Positions 29,301-38,711 of a stretch of DNA of 64,000 bases are shown one piece after another. The stretch's first letter is position 1. The number at the start of each line of letters is the position of its first letter. The stretch is from Candidatus Bathyarchaeota archaeon (GTDB taxonomy: Archaea; Thermoproteota; Bathyarchaeia; Bathyarchaeales; Bathycorpusculaceae). The position numbers and the translations under genes are program-made. Location of the stretch: assembly GCA_963828195.1 (NCBI GenBank), contig CAWHDT010000003.1:96001-160000 (forward strand), in the 5' to 3' direction. The notes under the pieces are model-generated. The model was not told the DNA's origin. It searched no databases and saw only the letters and a program-made list of their open reading frames with translations.

Positions 29301-29474
29301 AGTGACCCACATGCAAAACTCGTTACTGCGTAAGCCTTCAGCAAAATAGGGAACCAAAACATCGATTAAATCTTTTTTTGACTCGTAAAATTGGCAAAGA
29401 TGCGTTCCCCATGCAACATAACCTACAATCTCAATGCCAAAGTTTCGAAGAGAAGCTGAAATAGAAGATTCCAT
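26325..29474 (-). CDS. MEDS + multi-PAS sensor histidine kinase
   Basis: WGTHLCQFY (MEDS), several PAS/PAC domains, SHDLQEPLR, NLIGNAIKF, GSGIGL. Confidence 0.92.
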   Translation of the reverse strand: MESSISASLRNFGIEIVGYVAWGTHLCQFYESKKDLIDVLVPYFAEGLRSNEFCMWVTSSPLEASEAEEALRKAVPDLDAYLRKGQIEIVSYENWYLLGGKFDADRVLQGWVKKETDALKHGFEGLRLTGNTFWVERSLWKSFVNYEEAVNSVIGQHRMLALCTYCLKNASGNDVVDVVRNHAGTLLKQGKKWVLVENAVERKKEQNALLEREQSWQTTLSSVGDAVIATDTAGKITFMNNVAEKLTGWTLTEASKKPLKTIFHIVNEQTRSEVANPVTRVLKEGVTVGLANHTVLITKDGKEVPIDDSGAPIKRKDGEISGVVLIFRDITERKKAEKDLFNLAKFPSENPFAVLRIFRDGTVMYANAESLRLPKPISVQVGQIVRTQWRSHVTEALTSNCRLDFEESAGGRWFEFKVAPVLSEGYVNIYGSDITQRKKAEEAARKSEAASIASKYARSLLEASLDPLVTINAEGKITDVNQATEQATGISREELVGSDFSDYFTEPEKAKAGYQEVFVKGFVKDYPLAIRHTSGKVTDVLYNANLYRNEKGTIQGVFAAARDVTARKKAEAAAQTERKRFFDVLETLPTMVCLLTPDHHVVFANRSFREKFGESEGRHCYDYCFGKKEPCSFCESYKVLETGKPHQWEVTGPDGSIIEAYDFPFSDVDGSPLILEMDIDVTRRKKAEEELRAASLYSRSLLEASLDPLVTISAEGKITDVNKATEDVTGCSRTQLIGSDFSDYFTEPEKAKAGYEQVFTEGFVKDYPLAIRDKSGKTIDVVYNASVYRDPKGGIQGVFAAARDITQRVAMENELRQTMEKLRQSNSELEQFAYVASHDLQEPLRMVASYVQLLQRRYQGKLDPEADEFIGYAVDGANRMRGLIDDLLTYSRVGRLGKPFEPTNLESTLDIVVKNLQASIAENKATITRDKLPVISADGGQLVQLFQNLIGNAIKFHGKEPPCVHVSAKDKGTEYQFAVRDNGIGIDPQYYDRLFKIFQRLHTREEYPGSGIGLAVCKKIVERHGGRIWIESQAGKGSTIYFTLSKRKL

Positions 29475-29597
29475 TTGTATCCCTGAACGGAATGAATTGT
29501 ATATCCTGTCTTTTCTTCCCTAAAAAGCATTTCTGAACGCAGTGGAATTGGTGATTTGCCAGATTCGTCACTTAGCTTTTTCCTTTAGTTTTGCACG

Positions 29598-30395
29598 TCA
29601 AATAACGAAGTTTAAACCGAACTTCAAAAACATCTGTACACTTATAAAAATAAGTAACGCAAACAAAATCCAACGGAGCGTTTTGCTTTTTGTAATTCTG
29701 CAAAGATGAGCGCCAACTAAACCTCCAAACATCGAGCCCGAACCTATCAGCAATGCATATTCGATATTTATGTTTCCCACGCTGATATGTTGAGCCGCCC
29801 CCGCCAACGAAATGAAAACCATTGTGAAAACCGAAGTTGCCGCCACTGTCTTAAACGGCATGCGTAAAATCAAAACCATAATGGGTACCAGCAACACGCC
29901 TGGAATGCTCAGCAATCCACCTATTAAACCAGCAAAAAAGCAGAGAAAAACACCTAGGGCAACTTGTCTTTTCTGAGAGAGCAGTTCTTTTTCAGAAAAA
30001 CCCGAATCCTGCTCTGAATTTTCACAACTATTTGCTGTTCCTTTTCTGGAGACCATTTGCCACGCCACAAAAGCCAGGAAAACGCCGATAAGCAACCCTA
30101 AAATCTGCTCTGGCACTGCTGTCGTTAAGTAGCTTCCCAATATCGCGCCTGGCACAGCTGCAACTGCTAGAATTAAACCAATTTTATAGTATGTTTGCTT
30201 CTGTTTTGAATAGTATGCTGAGGCAACAGCGGTTGTCATGAGAATCGTTGTTAAGCCTGTTCCGACGGCGTTTGAAGGCGACATCGCGTAGACTAACGTC
30301 AAGAGAGGAACCACTAAAAATCCTCCTCCAAGGCCAACCATAACCGAAACTAGCCCGATCAGAAATCCTATAACGGGCAAAACTGCTTCCCACAC
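29598..30395 (-). CDS. TauE/SafE family sulfite exporter
   Basis: GLGGGFLVVPLL, AVGT, AATS motifs; about 8 TM helices. Confidence 0.85.
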   Translation of the reverse strand: MWEAVLPVIGFLIGLVSVMVGLGGGFLVVPLLTLVYAMSPSNAVGTGLTTILMTTAVASAYYSKQKQTYYKIGLILAVAAVPGAILGSYLTTAVPEQILGLLIGVFLAFVAWQMVSRKGTANSCENSEQDSGFSEKELLSQKRQVALGVFLCFFAGLIGGLLSIPGVLLVPIMVLILRMPFKTVAATSVFTMVFISLAGAAQHISVGNINIEYALLIGSGSMFGGLVGAHLCRITKSKTLRWILFALLIFISVQMFLKFGLNFVI

Positions 30396-30571
30396 AAGGG
30401 TTCCCTCGACTCGAATAACTTACGTGGTTCTATTTATAAAATGTTGATTTCTGGCAACTAACATGACGTTTACTTGTCTGCCTAATAGGGCCATTCGATA
30501 AGCCGTTTTGACTTAACAGCTAGAACAAAGTTTGGCGGCAAGGCAAGCAGCGAAGGCGACGGCTTGAATGG

Positions 30572-31573
30572 TTAGAGGTTGTTTTCAATTATCACTTTCA
30601 AAGGCTTTTCGGTTGGGTTGTCAACAATTTCTAATGCTTTTTCAAACTCTTCAAACTTGAACTTGTGGGTAACTAGCCCTTTCACGTCAACAAGTTTCCT
30701 TGCAATCAACTCAACAGCAGACGGATACTCAACTGGGGAAATGTAAATCGTAAAAAACAATGCTTCGTCTGCATTCTCCAAATTCAAGCGTCCCTTGGAT
30801 TCACCCACCAACGCGACTTTGCCCGCTTTCCTCACCAAATAAGGCGTCTGCTCCACTGTGCGGATGTTTCCCGCTGCTTCAATCACCAAGTCTGAGCCTA
30901 TTTTTGTAAGTTTTTTCACGGTTTTGACTACGTCTTCGTGTTTAGCGTTTATGGTTGCGTCTGCACCGTACTTCTCGCTGAGTTCAAGCCTGTAATCCTC
31001 AAGGTCCACTGCGATGACTCGGCATCCCTTCAACAGCGCAACCTGCGTCATAAGCAAACCTATGGCTCCCTGCCCAATCACAGTGACCCAATCGCCCAAA
31101 TTCGGCTTCATGTAATCAAGTACGCGAAGCGCCAAAGCAACAGGCTCCACCACTGCCGCTTCCTCATCGCTGACCGTTGAGGGTACAGGAATTAGGCTTC
31201 GTGGCAGCATAGCTTTGGATTCGGCGAAGAAGCCGTCCCGCGTTAAACCGTAAAACTTGCCTCGGACACAATAAGTCGGCAACCCCCGCAGGCAAAAATA
31301 GCAGTGACCACAATTTACAATCGGCACCATAACAACCCGTTCACCCGTGTCCTCGCGGATTCCCCAAGCGTCATGACCCAGGATTCTGCCCTTCTTCATC
31401 CACTTCCACTCGCCCCGGTAAAGGTGCATGTCGGTGCCGCATATGCTTCCAGCCTTAAATTTCACCAGCACCCTTCTGCCCGTAACTTGGGGCTCTGGGA
31501 CTTCTTCGATTTTGATGTTGTGAGGTCCACGATAAACAGCTGCTTTCAAAAAGACGCCTTCTCTAATAATCAA
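30572..31573 (-). CDS. Zinc-dependent alcohol/sugar dehydrogenase (MDR family)
   Basis: SICGTD, GHD, CGHCYFC..C, GQGAIG. Confidence 0.9.
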   Translation of the reverse strand: MIIREGVFLKAAVYRGPHNIKIEEVPEPQVTGRRVLVKFKAGSICGTDMHLYRGEWKWMKKGRILGHDAWGIREDTGERVVMVPIVNCGHCYFCLRGLPTYCVRGKFYGLTRDGFFAESKAMLPRSLIPVPSTVSDEEAAVVEPVALALRVLDYMKPNLGDWVTVIGQGAIGLLMTQVALLKGCRVIAVDLEDYRLELSEKYGADATINAKHEDVVKTVKKLTKIGSDLVIEAAGNIRTVEQTPYLVRKAGKVALVGESKGRLNLENADEALFFTIYISPVEYPSAVELIARKLVDVKGLVTHKFKFEEFEKALEIVDNPTEKPLKVIIENNL

Positions 31574-31668
31574 GCTGTATCGGCGAGGTATTAAGTTATT
31601 GCAGGTTGATTTGCGCGTTTTTGCGTTAGGTTAATAACCCATTTAGCGTATGCATGGTTTGAAAGCGT

Positions 31669-31893
31669 ATGAATTTAGAAGGGTACACTAAAGAGAATTT
31701 GTGGCAGCTGCTTGTTCAAACAGCTCACGCTTCCGTCATGTACCCAACTCATAAAGCTTACACCCGCGACTGCATTTTGCCGCAAAAAGCGGATGTTACC
31801 GCAAACGAGCTTGCGGAAAGGCTTGGCATGCCGCTTGGGGAAGCACTGGTAATTCTAGATGAACTGGCAGAAGAACGAAAGTGCCCAACATAG
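31669..31893 (+). CDS. Small hypothetical protein (possible HTH)
   Basis: 74 aa, ELAERLGMPLGEALVIL. Confidence 0.6.
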   Translation: MNLEGYTKENLWQLLVQTAHASVMYPTHKAYTRDCILPQKADVTANELAERLGMPLGEALVILDELAEERKCPT

Positions 31894-31973
31894 ATGCTTC
31901 TGCAGTATTTTGTTGGTGAGAATTAATAGGATTAATGAAAAAACGAAAGATTTGTGCGTAGGCTTGCGTGGCA

Positions 31974-32001
31974 ATCGTTATATTTATATAAACACATCGA
32001 T
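31974..32001. promoter_or_regulatory. ModE-box-like operator overlapping the TATA box of wtpABC
   Basis: ATCG-T-TATATT-TATATA-AACACA-T-CGAT has the 28-bp spacing of ATCG-N-TATATA-N6-TATATA-N-CGAT. Confidence 0.6.
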
Positions 32002-32043
32002 TTCAATATCAATCAATAAAAAAATTATTAAAAGGAATATAAA

Positions 32044-33237
32044 ATGACAGTTGAAAAGCCCAAACGAAGCAATATGATGTACGCATTCCTAATAATTGGT
32101 CTACTAATTGGAGTCGCTTTAGGATTTTCAGTAGGTTACTTTAGCAATCAATCGCAGATCAATTCGCTGAACACAAAAGTTGCGAACCTTCAAACCTCCG
32201 AGACGAACTCTTTGGTCAGCTTAGCCTCTAATGGGAACCCGTTTGCAGTCGGTGCAGCAGGCACTCTAACATACGCCTTTGGCTCAGAATTGACCGCTTT
32301 TGAGACACAGTATCCAAGCATTACAGTTGCACCTCCTCTATTTGAGGGAAGCAGTTTAGTTGCTCAAGAAGAGAATCTCACACAATCGTTAAGTTTGGAA
32401 GCCGCCGCTGACACAACCGCTATGCCAACCGTCCTCTTCCCGAACCAAGCTAATTACGAAATTGCCTTTGGCCAAACACCAATGGTCATTATTGTGAATC
32501 TGCAATCATCTGCCGGACAAGAACTTTATAACATGTGGACTGCCGCTAAAGGACTTGCCGTAAATTCTACTGCGTGGACTACAGCTTGGCAAAATATGTT
32601 TACTTTGATCGCGCTCAACACAACCACTACTGTCGGTGTTTCAAATCCTTTCACTGACCCTAGCGGTTTTCAAGCTGCTGGCATGCTAAGATTGGCGGGC
32701 TTATATTTCTTTGGAAATGTAAGCTACCTCTATGACGCAGTATACAACAACCCAAGTAGATATGTCATGGCAGATAGTGAAGATGATTTGGTTCCGCTTA
32801 TGCAGACTGATCACATAGATTTCATTACTTCAGCTTACGAGTCCAACGCTATACCACAGACAAATCAAACTGAAGGTAATCTTGCATGGATAACATTACC
32901 CGCCCAAGTTAACTTGGGAGTATTGGCTAACACTCCCTACTACAACGAAGCCAACTTCAACTACACGGAACTGGGAACAACCCAACAATTCGTCGTTAAC
33001 CCAGTGGTCTATTGTGTCACGATCCCAACGGTCTCCACTAACTCCGCAGCGGCTACGTTATTCATCCAAAACCTATACACCTCTACAGGCCAGGGCATAC
33101 TTGAGAATTATGGCATAACACCCTTTTCGCAGGGCATCGTCTGGCCTAGTGCTAGCTACTCCAATGTTCCAAGTGTAATCCAGCCATACACTGTGCCGGT
33201 AAACTCTACAACTTTATCCCAATTTGCTGGGGCTTGA
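32044..33237 (+). CDS. wtpA: Tungstate/molybdate ABC transporter substrate-binding protein
   Basis: AAGTL, EGS, SNPFTDPSGFQA, AYESNA, YCVTIP motifs of WtpA. Confidence 0.8.
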   Translation: MTVEKPKRSNMMYAFLIIGLLIGVALGFSVGYFSNQSQINSLNTKVANLQTSETNSLVSLASNGNPFAVGAAGTLTYAFGSELTAFETQYPSITVAPPLFEGSSLVAQEENLTQSLSLEAAADTTAMPTVLFPNQANYEIAFGQTPMVIIVNLQSSAGQELYNMWTAAKGLAVNSTAWTTAWQNMFTLIALNTTTTVGVSNPFTDPSGFQAAGMLRLAGLYFFGNVSYLYDAVYNNPSRYVMADSEDDLVPLMQTDHIDFITSAYESNAIPQTNQTEGNLAWITLPAQVNLGVLANTPYYNEANFNYTELGTTQQFVVNPVVYCVTIPTVSTNSAAATLFIQNLYTSTGQGILENYGITPFSQGIVWPSASYSNVPSVIQPYTVPVNSTTLSQFAGA

Positions 33238-34028
33238 TTGAGTTTAATGGAAAATTCAAAGCCCTACTGATCTTATGCGGCGCAATAACAATCCTTTTTT
33301 TTATTTACCCAATCCTACTGATCATAGCCCTCGGCGTCAACAACCTTATCTCCGCGCTGTCCACAGGCTCCTTCATCTCTTCAGTTGAGGTTACTTTCGT
33401 AATTGCGACCGCCGCAGCGCTTCTCTCTGTGTTAGTAGGCACTCCTTTTGCGTATCTTTTGGCTAGATCCGAATTCAGGTTTAAAGAAGTTGTCGAAGCA
33501 ATTATCGATATACCTATTGTGGTTCCTCACGTTGTTGTTGGCATAATGATAGTGCTGGCTTTCTCTTCGCAATATGGGTTAGGTCCATTTCTTCAGAGGC
33601 TAGGCATAAACATGATCGATACATTGTTGGGTGCCATAATCACAGTTACCTACCTTTCAGCAACTTACTCCATTAGAGTAACTGAGTCCTCGATAAAGAC
33701 GATTAACCCAGATGTCGAGTTGACCGCCCGAACACTTGGATCCTCACAAGCATTTACGTTTATCCACGTTGTAATCCCTCGAATCTGGAAGTCAATAGCA
33801 AACGGAGCATTACTCACTTGGGCAAGGGCAGTTGCCGAGGTGGGAGCGTTGCTCGTAGTAGCCTATTACGTGTACTTCAACGGGAACTATGTTTATCCAG
33901 CTTCAATCTACATTTACGAAGGGTTCGAAGCATTAGGGTTAGCAGGTGTAGTGAAGTATTCAGCCGCTCTTCTAATAATAGTCCTTGTTGTATTCATCAT
34001 TTACAGGTGGATTCTAAAACATATCTGA
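33234..34028 (+). CDS. wtpB: Tungstate/molybdate ABC permease
   Basis: DIPIVVPHVVVG, ARTLGS, WARAVAEVG. Confidence 0.85.
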   Translation: MIEFNGKFKALLILCGAITILFFIYPILLIIALGVNNLISALSTGSFISSVEVTFVIATAAALLSVLVGTPFAYLLARSEFRFKEVVEAIIDIPIVVPHVVVGIMIVLAFSSQYGLGPFLQRLGINMIDTLLGAIITVTYLSATYSIRVTESSIKTINPDVELTARTLGSSQAFTFIHVVIPRIWKSIANGALLTWARAVAEVGALLVVAYYVYFNGNYVYPASIYIYEGFEALGLAGVVKYSAALLIIVLVVFIIYRWILKHI

Positions 34029-34031
34029 GAG

Positions 34032-35078
34032 GTGAATGCGCTGTTTCAAATAATCAATGTTAATCTCACCTTAGGCACTTTCAAGCTGAACTCAATCAGC
34101 TTAAACGTTGATCAACAAGAATACATGATTATAATCGGACGAACTGCCAGCGGCAAGACCTCACTTCTTAAAACAATTGCAGGAGCCTACAAACCATCAA
34201 GCGGCAAAATACTGCTCAACGGCTCAGATATTACAGCCCTGCCCCCGGAAAAAAGAAATATCGCCTATGTATCACAGATTTTTTCTTCATTTGACCCGAT
34301 GAATGTCCGCGGCAACATTGAATTCGGACTTAAAGCAAGACGCGTGGCAACGCCAGAAAGAGAGCGACGGGTGAACGAGATTGTCAAAGACCTTGGCATT
34401 GGGCATCTGCTAGATAGAATGCCCGCGACGTTAAGCGGTGGGGAGCAGCAGCGTGTTTCGTTGGCGAGAGCGTTGGTTACCCGTCCAAAGATTTTGCTTT
34501 TGGATGAACCGCTTTCGATGATAGACCCTGAAACTAAAGTGCAAATTGTACGTCTGTTGAAAGCGATTCCCGAAAAATATAACATTCCAGTGGTCCATGT
34601 TACTCACGAATGGGACGAGGCTTATTCTTTAGCAAGCAGAATCGCTGTTATAAATCAGGGGCAAATAATTGAGGTGGGTGACCCCGAACAAATATTTAAT
34701 GAACCAAAAACCTATCTTACTGCCAAGTTGGTAGGTTTCTATGACATGCACAGGGGAAACGCAACTCTCACCGACTCTGGGTCTACAATAAAGCTGGAGA
34801 ACGGCTTAGAACTCAAGTCCCGAACGAAAATTAGCGGCTCAGTCTACGCATGTGTAAGACCTGAACGAGTTAAACTAAGCACTATTGACGAGCCCAATAA
34901 ATTCGAAGGACAAGTCGTAGAAGTTTTCAGAGAGAGATTTGGGTTTCGCACAATCATAAATATCAACAAAATTGAGTTTACCGTTCTCATTGACAGCAAG
35001 CTAACAAAGGGCGATGTTGTAACAATAACAATACCCGAAGACAGTGTGTACCTGATACCTTCAACCGAAGCGCGGTAA
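34032..35078 (+). CDS. wtpC: Tungstate/molybdate ABC ATPase with TOBE domain
   Basis: GRTASGKT, LSGGEQQR, LLLDEP. Confidence 0.85.
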   Translation: MNALFQIINVNLTLGTFKLNSISLNVDQQEYMIIIGRTASGKTSLLKTIAGAYKPSSGKILLNGSDITALPPEKRNIAYVSQIFSSFDPMNVRGNIEFGLKARRVATPERERRVNEIVKDLGIGHLLDRMPATLSGGEQQRVSLARALVTRPKILLLDEPLSMIDPETKVQIVRLLKAIPEKYNIPVVHVTHEWDEAYSLASRIAVINQGQIIEVGDPEQIFNEPKTYLTAKLVGFYDMHRGNATLTDSGSTIKLENGLELKSRTKISGSVYACVRPERVKLSTIDEPNKFEGQVVEVFRERFGFRTIININKIEFTVLIDSKLTKGDVVTITIPEDSVYLIPSTEAR

Positions 35079-35170
35079 CGCCCCTTGCTATCCTACCCGA
35101 ACTGCCCAAAAAAAGGAGGAAGCATTCCCACTCAAAAAAAGATTTTTCCCCGAATAATTTTTGGGGCTTC

Positions 35171-36013
35171 TTAATGGTTCAATTTTTTGTCCCACCACAT
35201 AAGTGCATGCAGACTTGGTTTTTTGTTGCTGAATCTGTAGGCGCCGTCTTTTGTTTCGGTTAGGGTCTCTGTGAGGTATTTCTTTAACTTGATTTTTTCT
35301 TCTTGAGTTAATGCTTCATTTGTGTTTCTTCTTTCAAATCTTTTGCCATGTTCAGACAGTGCATCATCTATGCTTTTGTAGGTAATTGCTGAGGGTTTGG
35401 TTTGGAAAATTTCGATGTTCGCCCGAATTCCCATCTGATAAAGTAAATTGTAAATCACTATGTACATGCGAGTTTCCCCGTACGGTCTGCCTATCGCTTT
35501 GTATAAGCCTATGTCAAACTGTCTGTCGCCTGCTCCCCAAATCACATATGCGCGTTTTTTTGCGGCTTCATCCATGTTTCTTAGGAACGTCTCTAAGTTG
35601 CGTTCCCAACCCATTGATCGGGAAGCAACGACAATGTCATGTTTTTCCACATCTTTGCCAATGACTGCGGTCTCAAACGCCTTGTTTATGTACGTAATGT
35701 TGCTGACATTTTTCTTTTCAGCGTTTTGTTTTAGGTACTTGAGCATCTCACCTGAAATATCAAGAGCAGTGAGGTGTCTGCATTTCTTTGCGAGCGGTAT
35801 CGCCAATAAACCTGGTCCGCAACCGACGTCCAAAGCTGTCCAGTCTGGTTTGATTTTGATTCTTTTCATTACTTTTTTGCCGTAGTCATCTGCATCCTCT
35901 TTGTTCCATCTGGACGCGGCGTGATCCCAGCTTGTAGCTTTATCTGCGTTGCCTGCGAAAAAGATTATGCCGTCTCGCCAAACTGCACTCCAATCAATTT
36001 GATTCGGATCCAT
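35171..36013 (-). CDS. Class I SAM-dependent methyltransferase
   Basis: LDVGCGPG, ALDISGEML, VVASRS. Confidence 0.9.
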   Translation of the reverse strand: MDPNQIDWSAVWRDGIIFFAGNADKATSWDHAASRWNKEDADDYGKKVMKRIKIKPDWTALDVGCGPGLLAIPLAKKCRHLTALDISGEMLKYLKQNAEKKNVSNITYINKAFETAVIGKDVEKHDIVVASRSMGWERNLETFLRNMDEAAKKRAYVIWGAGDRQFDIGLYKAIGRPYGETRMYIVIYNLLYQMGIRANIEIFQTKPSAITYKSIDDALSEHGKRFERRNTNEALTQEEKIKLKKYLTETLTETKDGAYRFSNKKPSLHALMWWDKKLNH

Positions 36014-36166
36014 ATTAGTTTGCCTCCTGACCCCGCTGGATCATGAAGGAGCATTTTTTTGATGTTGCTTCTGGTATCTCTGGGAATATTGTTTTGGTTG
36101 TGTTTGTTGGCACAACCTTTTTAAATATGCGATATGTTTTGGCAAACATAACGGAGATAATAATAA

Positions 36167-37633
36167 ATGAAAAATAAATATGTTTACATAACTATCGGAA
36201 TAATCGCAATCATTGTAATTTCACTAGCAGCCTACATGTACGTGGATAATCCTCTTGACATTGCTACTGCGCCATCTGCAACCTCCACACCCTCCGCAAC
36301 TTCGACACCGTCTGCGACTTCTACACCATCCGCAACCTCCACACCGTCTGCAACCTCCAAACCATCTGCAACAGCTACGCCGACTGCAACAACAAATCCG
36401 GGTATTCCCATTACTTTCGCGGCATCAGGTTTGGATAGCTCTTCAAACAGCACTGTAGTAACCACCAGCATAGGTGATTTTGATTACGCACAGCTGCCTT
36501 ACACCGTAAATGTTGCTTCTGGACTCGTGGTTACCTTCTCTTACACGGTCAATGTGACCACTGTTGTTCCAGACTGTTTTTTCACGTTATCTAGCGCTCC
36601 AAGCTCAACTTCCGTCACAGTGAACAGTGCAACAACTGTGAACGCTACCTACGGCAGAGCCATCATAGACTACAGCGGAACCATGGTCCAAATACCTCAA
36701 GCATCCCAAATCAACCGAATAGCAGACTCATGGGCAGCACACAATACAGAAGTAATTCTCTGCGGCGACCAAAGCAAAATCGTAGCTACCACACCTACCG
36801 ACACAACGATAGCTATGCTTAATATCATGTATCCCAACATGGCAACAATGTCCGCGCCTTTTGCTAGTTCAGGCACCCCGAATATTGAACAGCTCCTCGC
36901 AGACAACCCCGACATAGTCTTCATGTCCTACAGCGCCAGCGCCCAATCGGCATACCAATCCATGGTAAGCGCAGGTTTATGTGTAGTGCAAATGTACTTC
37001 GCTACTTTCCCCGACATGCTAACCACTGTCCAGCAAACCGGCTGGATTCTAGGTCCAACTGCACTGGTTAAGGCAAACGCTTACGTATCATACTTTGACA
37101 GCGCTTTAGCAAATGTCACCGCGGTAACTTCGCAGATTCCACAAAGTCAACAGGTAACTGTGCTGCACATTAGTGGAACAAGCCCGCTCTACGTTGATGG
37201 AGGCACCACCCTCATTGACACCTGGATCAACACCTGCGGAGGAATCGACGCCGCATCGTCAGTCAGCGGCAACATGCAGCAGATTACTCTTGAACAACTG
37301 CTTTCATGGAACCCACAGGTCATCCTTGTCGGGTCAGCTACAGCAACCAGCATAGCAAATACACTCATGACTAATCCTCAATATGCTTCACTAAGTGCGG
37401 TGCAAAACGACAAAGTGATTGTGAACCCGATGGGTGTGTTCGATTGGAGCCGCTACAGCATCGAAGAAGCACTTAACATACAATGGGTCGCACAGACACT
37501 ATACCCTAACCTGTTTACCAACATTAACATGGCATCGCAAACAGTATACTTCTATCAGACATTCTATGGGTACACACTTTCCAACGATCAAGTGCAAGCT
37601 ATACTGAGCAACACAACTCCACCATCTACCTAA
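36167..37633 (+). CDS. Metal-chelate (Fe-siderophore/cobalamin-type) ABC substrate-binding protein with S/T linker
   Basis: N-terminal TM, (PSATST)n repeat, PNIEQLLADNPDIVF, ITLEQLLSWNPQVI, AVQNDKV. Confidence 0.85.
   Translation: MKNKYVYITIGIIAIIVISLAAYMYVDNPLDIATAPSATSTPSATSTPSATSTPSATSTPSATSKPSATATPTATTNPGIPITFAASGLDSSSNSTVVTTSIGDFDYAQLPYTVNVASGLVVTFSYTVNVTTVVPDCFFTLSSAPSSTSVTVNSATTVNATYGRAIIDYSGTMVQIPQASQINRIADSWAAHNTEVILCGDQSKIVATTPTDTTIAMLNIMYPNMATMSAPFASSGTPNIEQLLADNPDIVFMSYSASAQSAYQSMVSAGLCVVQMYFATFPDMLTTVQQTGWILGPTALVKANAYVSYFDSALANVTAVTSQIPQSQQVTVLHISGTSPLYVDGGTTLIDTWINTCGGIDAASSVSGNMQQITLEQLLSWNPQVILVGSATATSIANTLMTNPQYASLSAVQNDKVIVNPMGVFDWSRYSIEEALNIQWVAQTLYPNLFTNINMASQTVYFYQTFYGYTLSNDQVQAILSNTTPPST
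36271..36378 (+). repeat. 18-bp coding tandem repeat (PSATST x ~6)
   Basis: CCATCTGCAACCTCCACA-like units with synonymous variation. Confidence 0.7.
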
Positions 37634-37655
37634 ATCAGCCAACGAGCGATTCAAG

Positions 37656-38711
37656 ATGTCTCAAGCAAATGAAGGAAAGCGTCGATCACCTTTAAGCTAT
37701 GAACTTAAAGGCTCCCTCTTACTCATTTGCACAATTCTTATTTTTTTAGTTTCGCTCGGAATAGGAAGATATAACGTTCCTATCGCTGACTTAATTAAAA
37801 TCTTGTTATCACAGTTCATTAATATTCAGCACAATTGGCCAGCCACGATGACCACCGTCGTAATACAAGTCAGGTTACCACGCTTAATCATGGTGGCTTT
37901 AGTGGGAGCTGCCCTAGCAATTTCAGGAGCAACTTTCCAAGCCGCTCTAAAGAACCCGCTTGTTTCCTCAGATATACTTGGAGTATCTGCTGGAGCTGGT
38001 TTTGGCGCAGCGGTAGGTTTGTATTTCAACCTAAACTTATTCACGGTCCAGATTCTTGCGTTAGTCGTAGGAATGGCTGCCGTTGGAATGGCCTACGCAA
38101 TCTACAGTTTAACCAAAAGATCATCGACTCTGATTCTTGTTTTATCAGGCATAATTATCGGTTCTTTTTTTTCTGCCCTAGTTTCGTTAATGAAGTTTCT
38201 TGCAAATCAAAGCGTAGCGAATAACGGTGCATTCACCGCCATTGTGTTTTGGCTCTTGGGAAGTTTCTCTACCGCCGGCACTTACACAAACGTTATTGAG
38301 TTTGGTCCTCCAATCCTGCTTGGAATAGTTGTCCTTTTGTTGTTAAGGTGGAGAGTTAACGTTCTCTCACTTGAAGACACTGAAGCTAAGGCGTTAGGTT
38401 TAAATGTTAAACTATATCAGGGAATCATCATATTTTCCGCCACACTTATAACAGCATCCGCCGTCAGCGTGGCTGGCCTAGTAGGCTGGATTGGATTGTT
38501 TGTGCCGCACGTCGCACGGATGTTGGTTGGATCAAATAACAGCAAGGTCTTGCCTGTCTCAATATTGATAGGTATATCCTTTTTAATCGCCATGGACGAC
38601 ATTGCACGTTCCCTCACGCCATATGAAATTCCCATCGGCATCCTGACCGCAATCGTCGGGCTCCCGCTATTCGCATACTTACTGGTACGCCAAAGAGTTG
38701 GTTGGTCATGA
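37656..38711 (+). CDS. FecCD/BtuC family ABC permease
   Basis: RLPR, NPLVSSDILGVSAGA, GWIGLFVPH, EIPIGILT. Confidence 0.92.
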   Translation: MSQANEGKRRSPLSYELKGSLLLICTILIFLVSLGIGRYNVPIADLIKILLSQFINIQHNWPATMTTVVIQVRLPRLIMVALVGAALAISGATFQAALKNPLVSSDILGVSAGAGFGAAVGLYFNLNLFTVQILALVVGMAAVGMAYAIYSLTKRSSTLILVLSGIIIGSFFSALVSLMKFLANQSVANNGAFTAIVFWLLGSFSTAGTYTNVIEFGPPILLGIVVLLLLRWRVNVLSLEDTEAKALGLNVKLYQGIIIFSATLITASAVSVAGLVGWIGLFVPHVARMLVGSNNSKVLPVSILIGISFLIAMDDIARSLTPYEIPIGILTAIVGLPLFAYLLVRQRVGWS

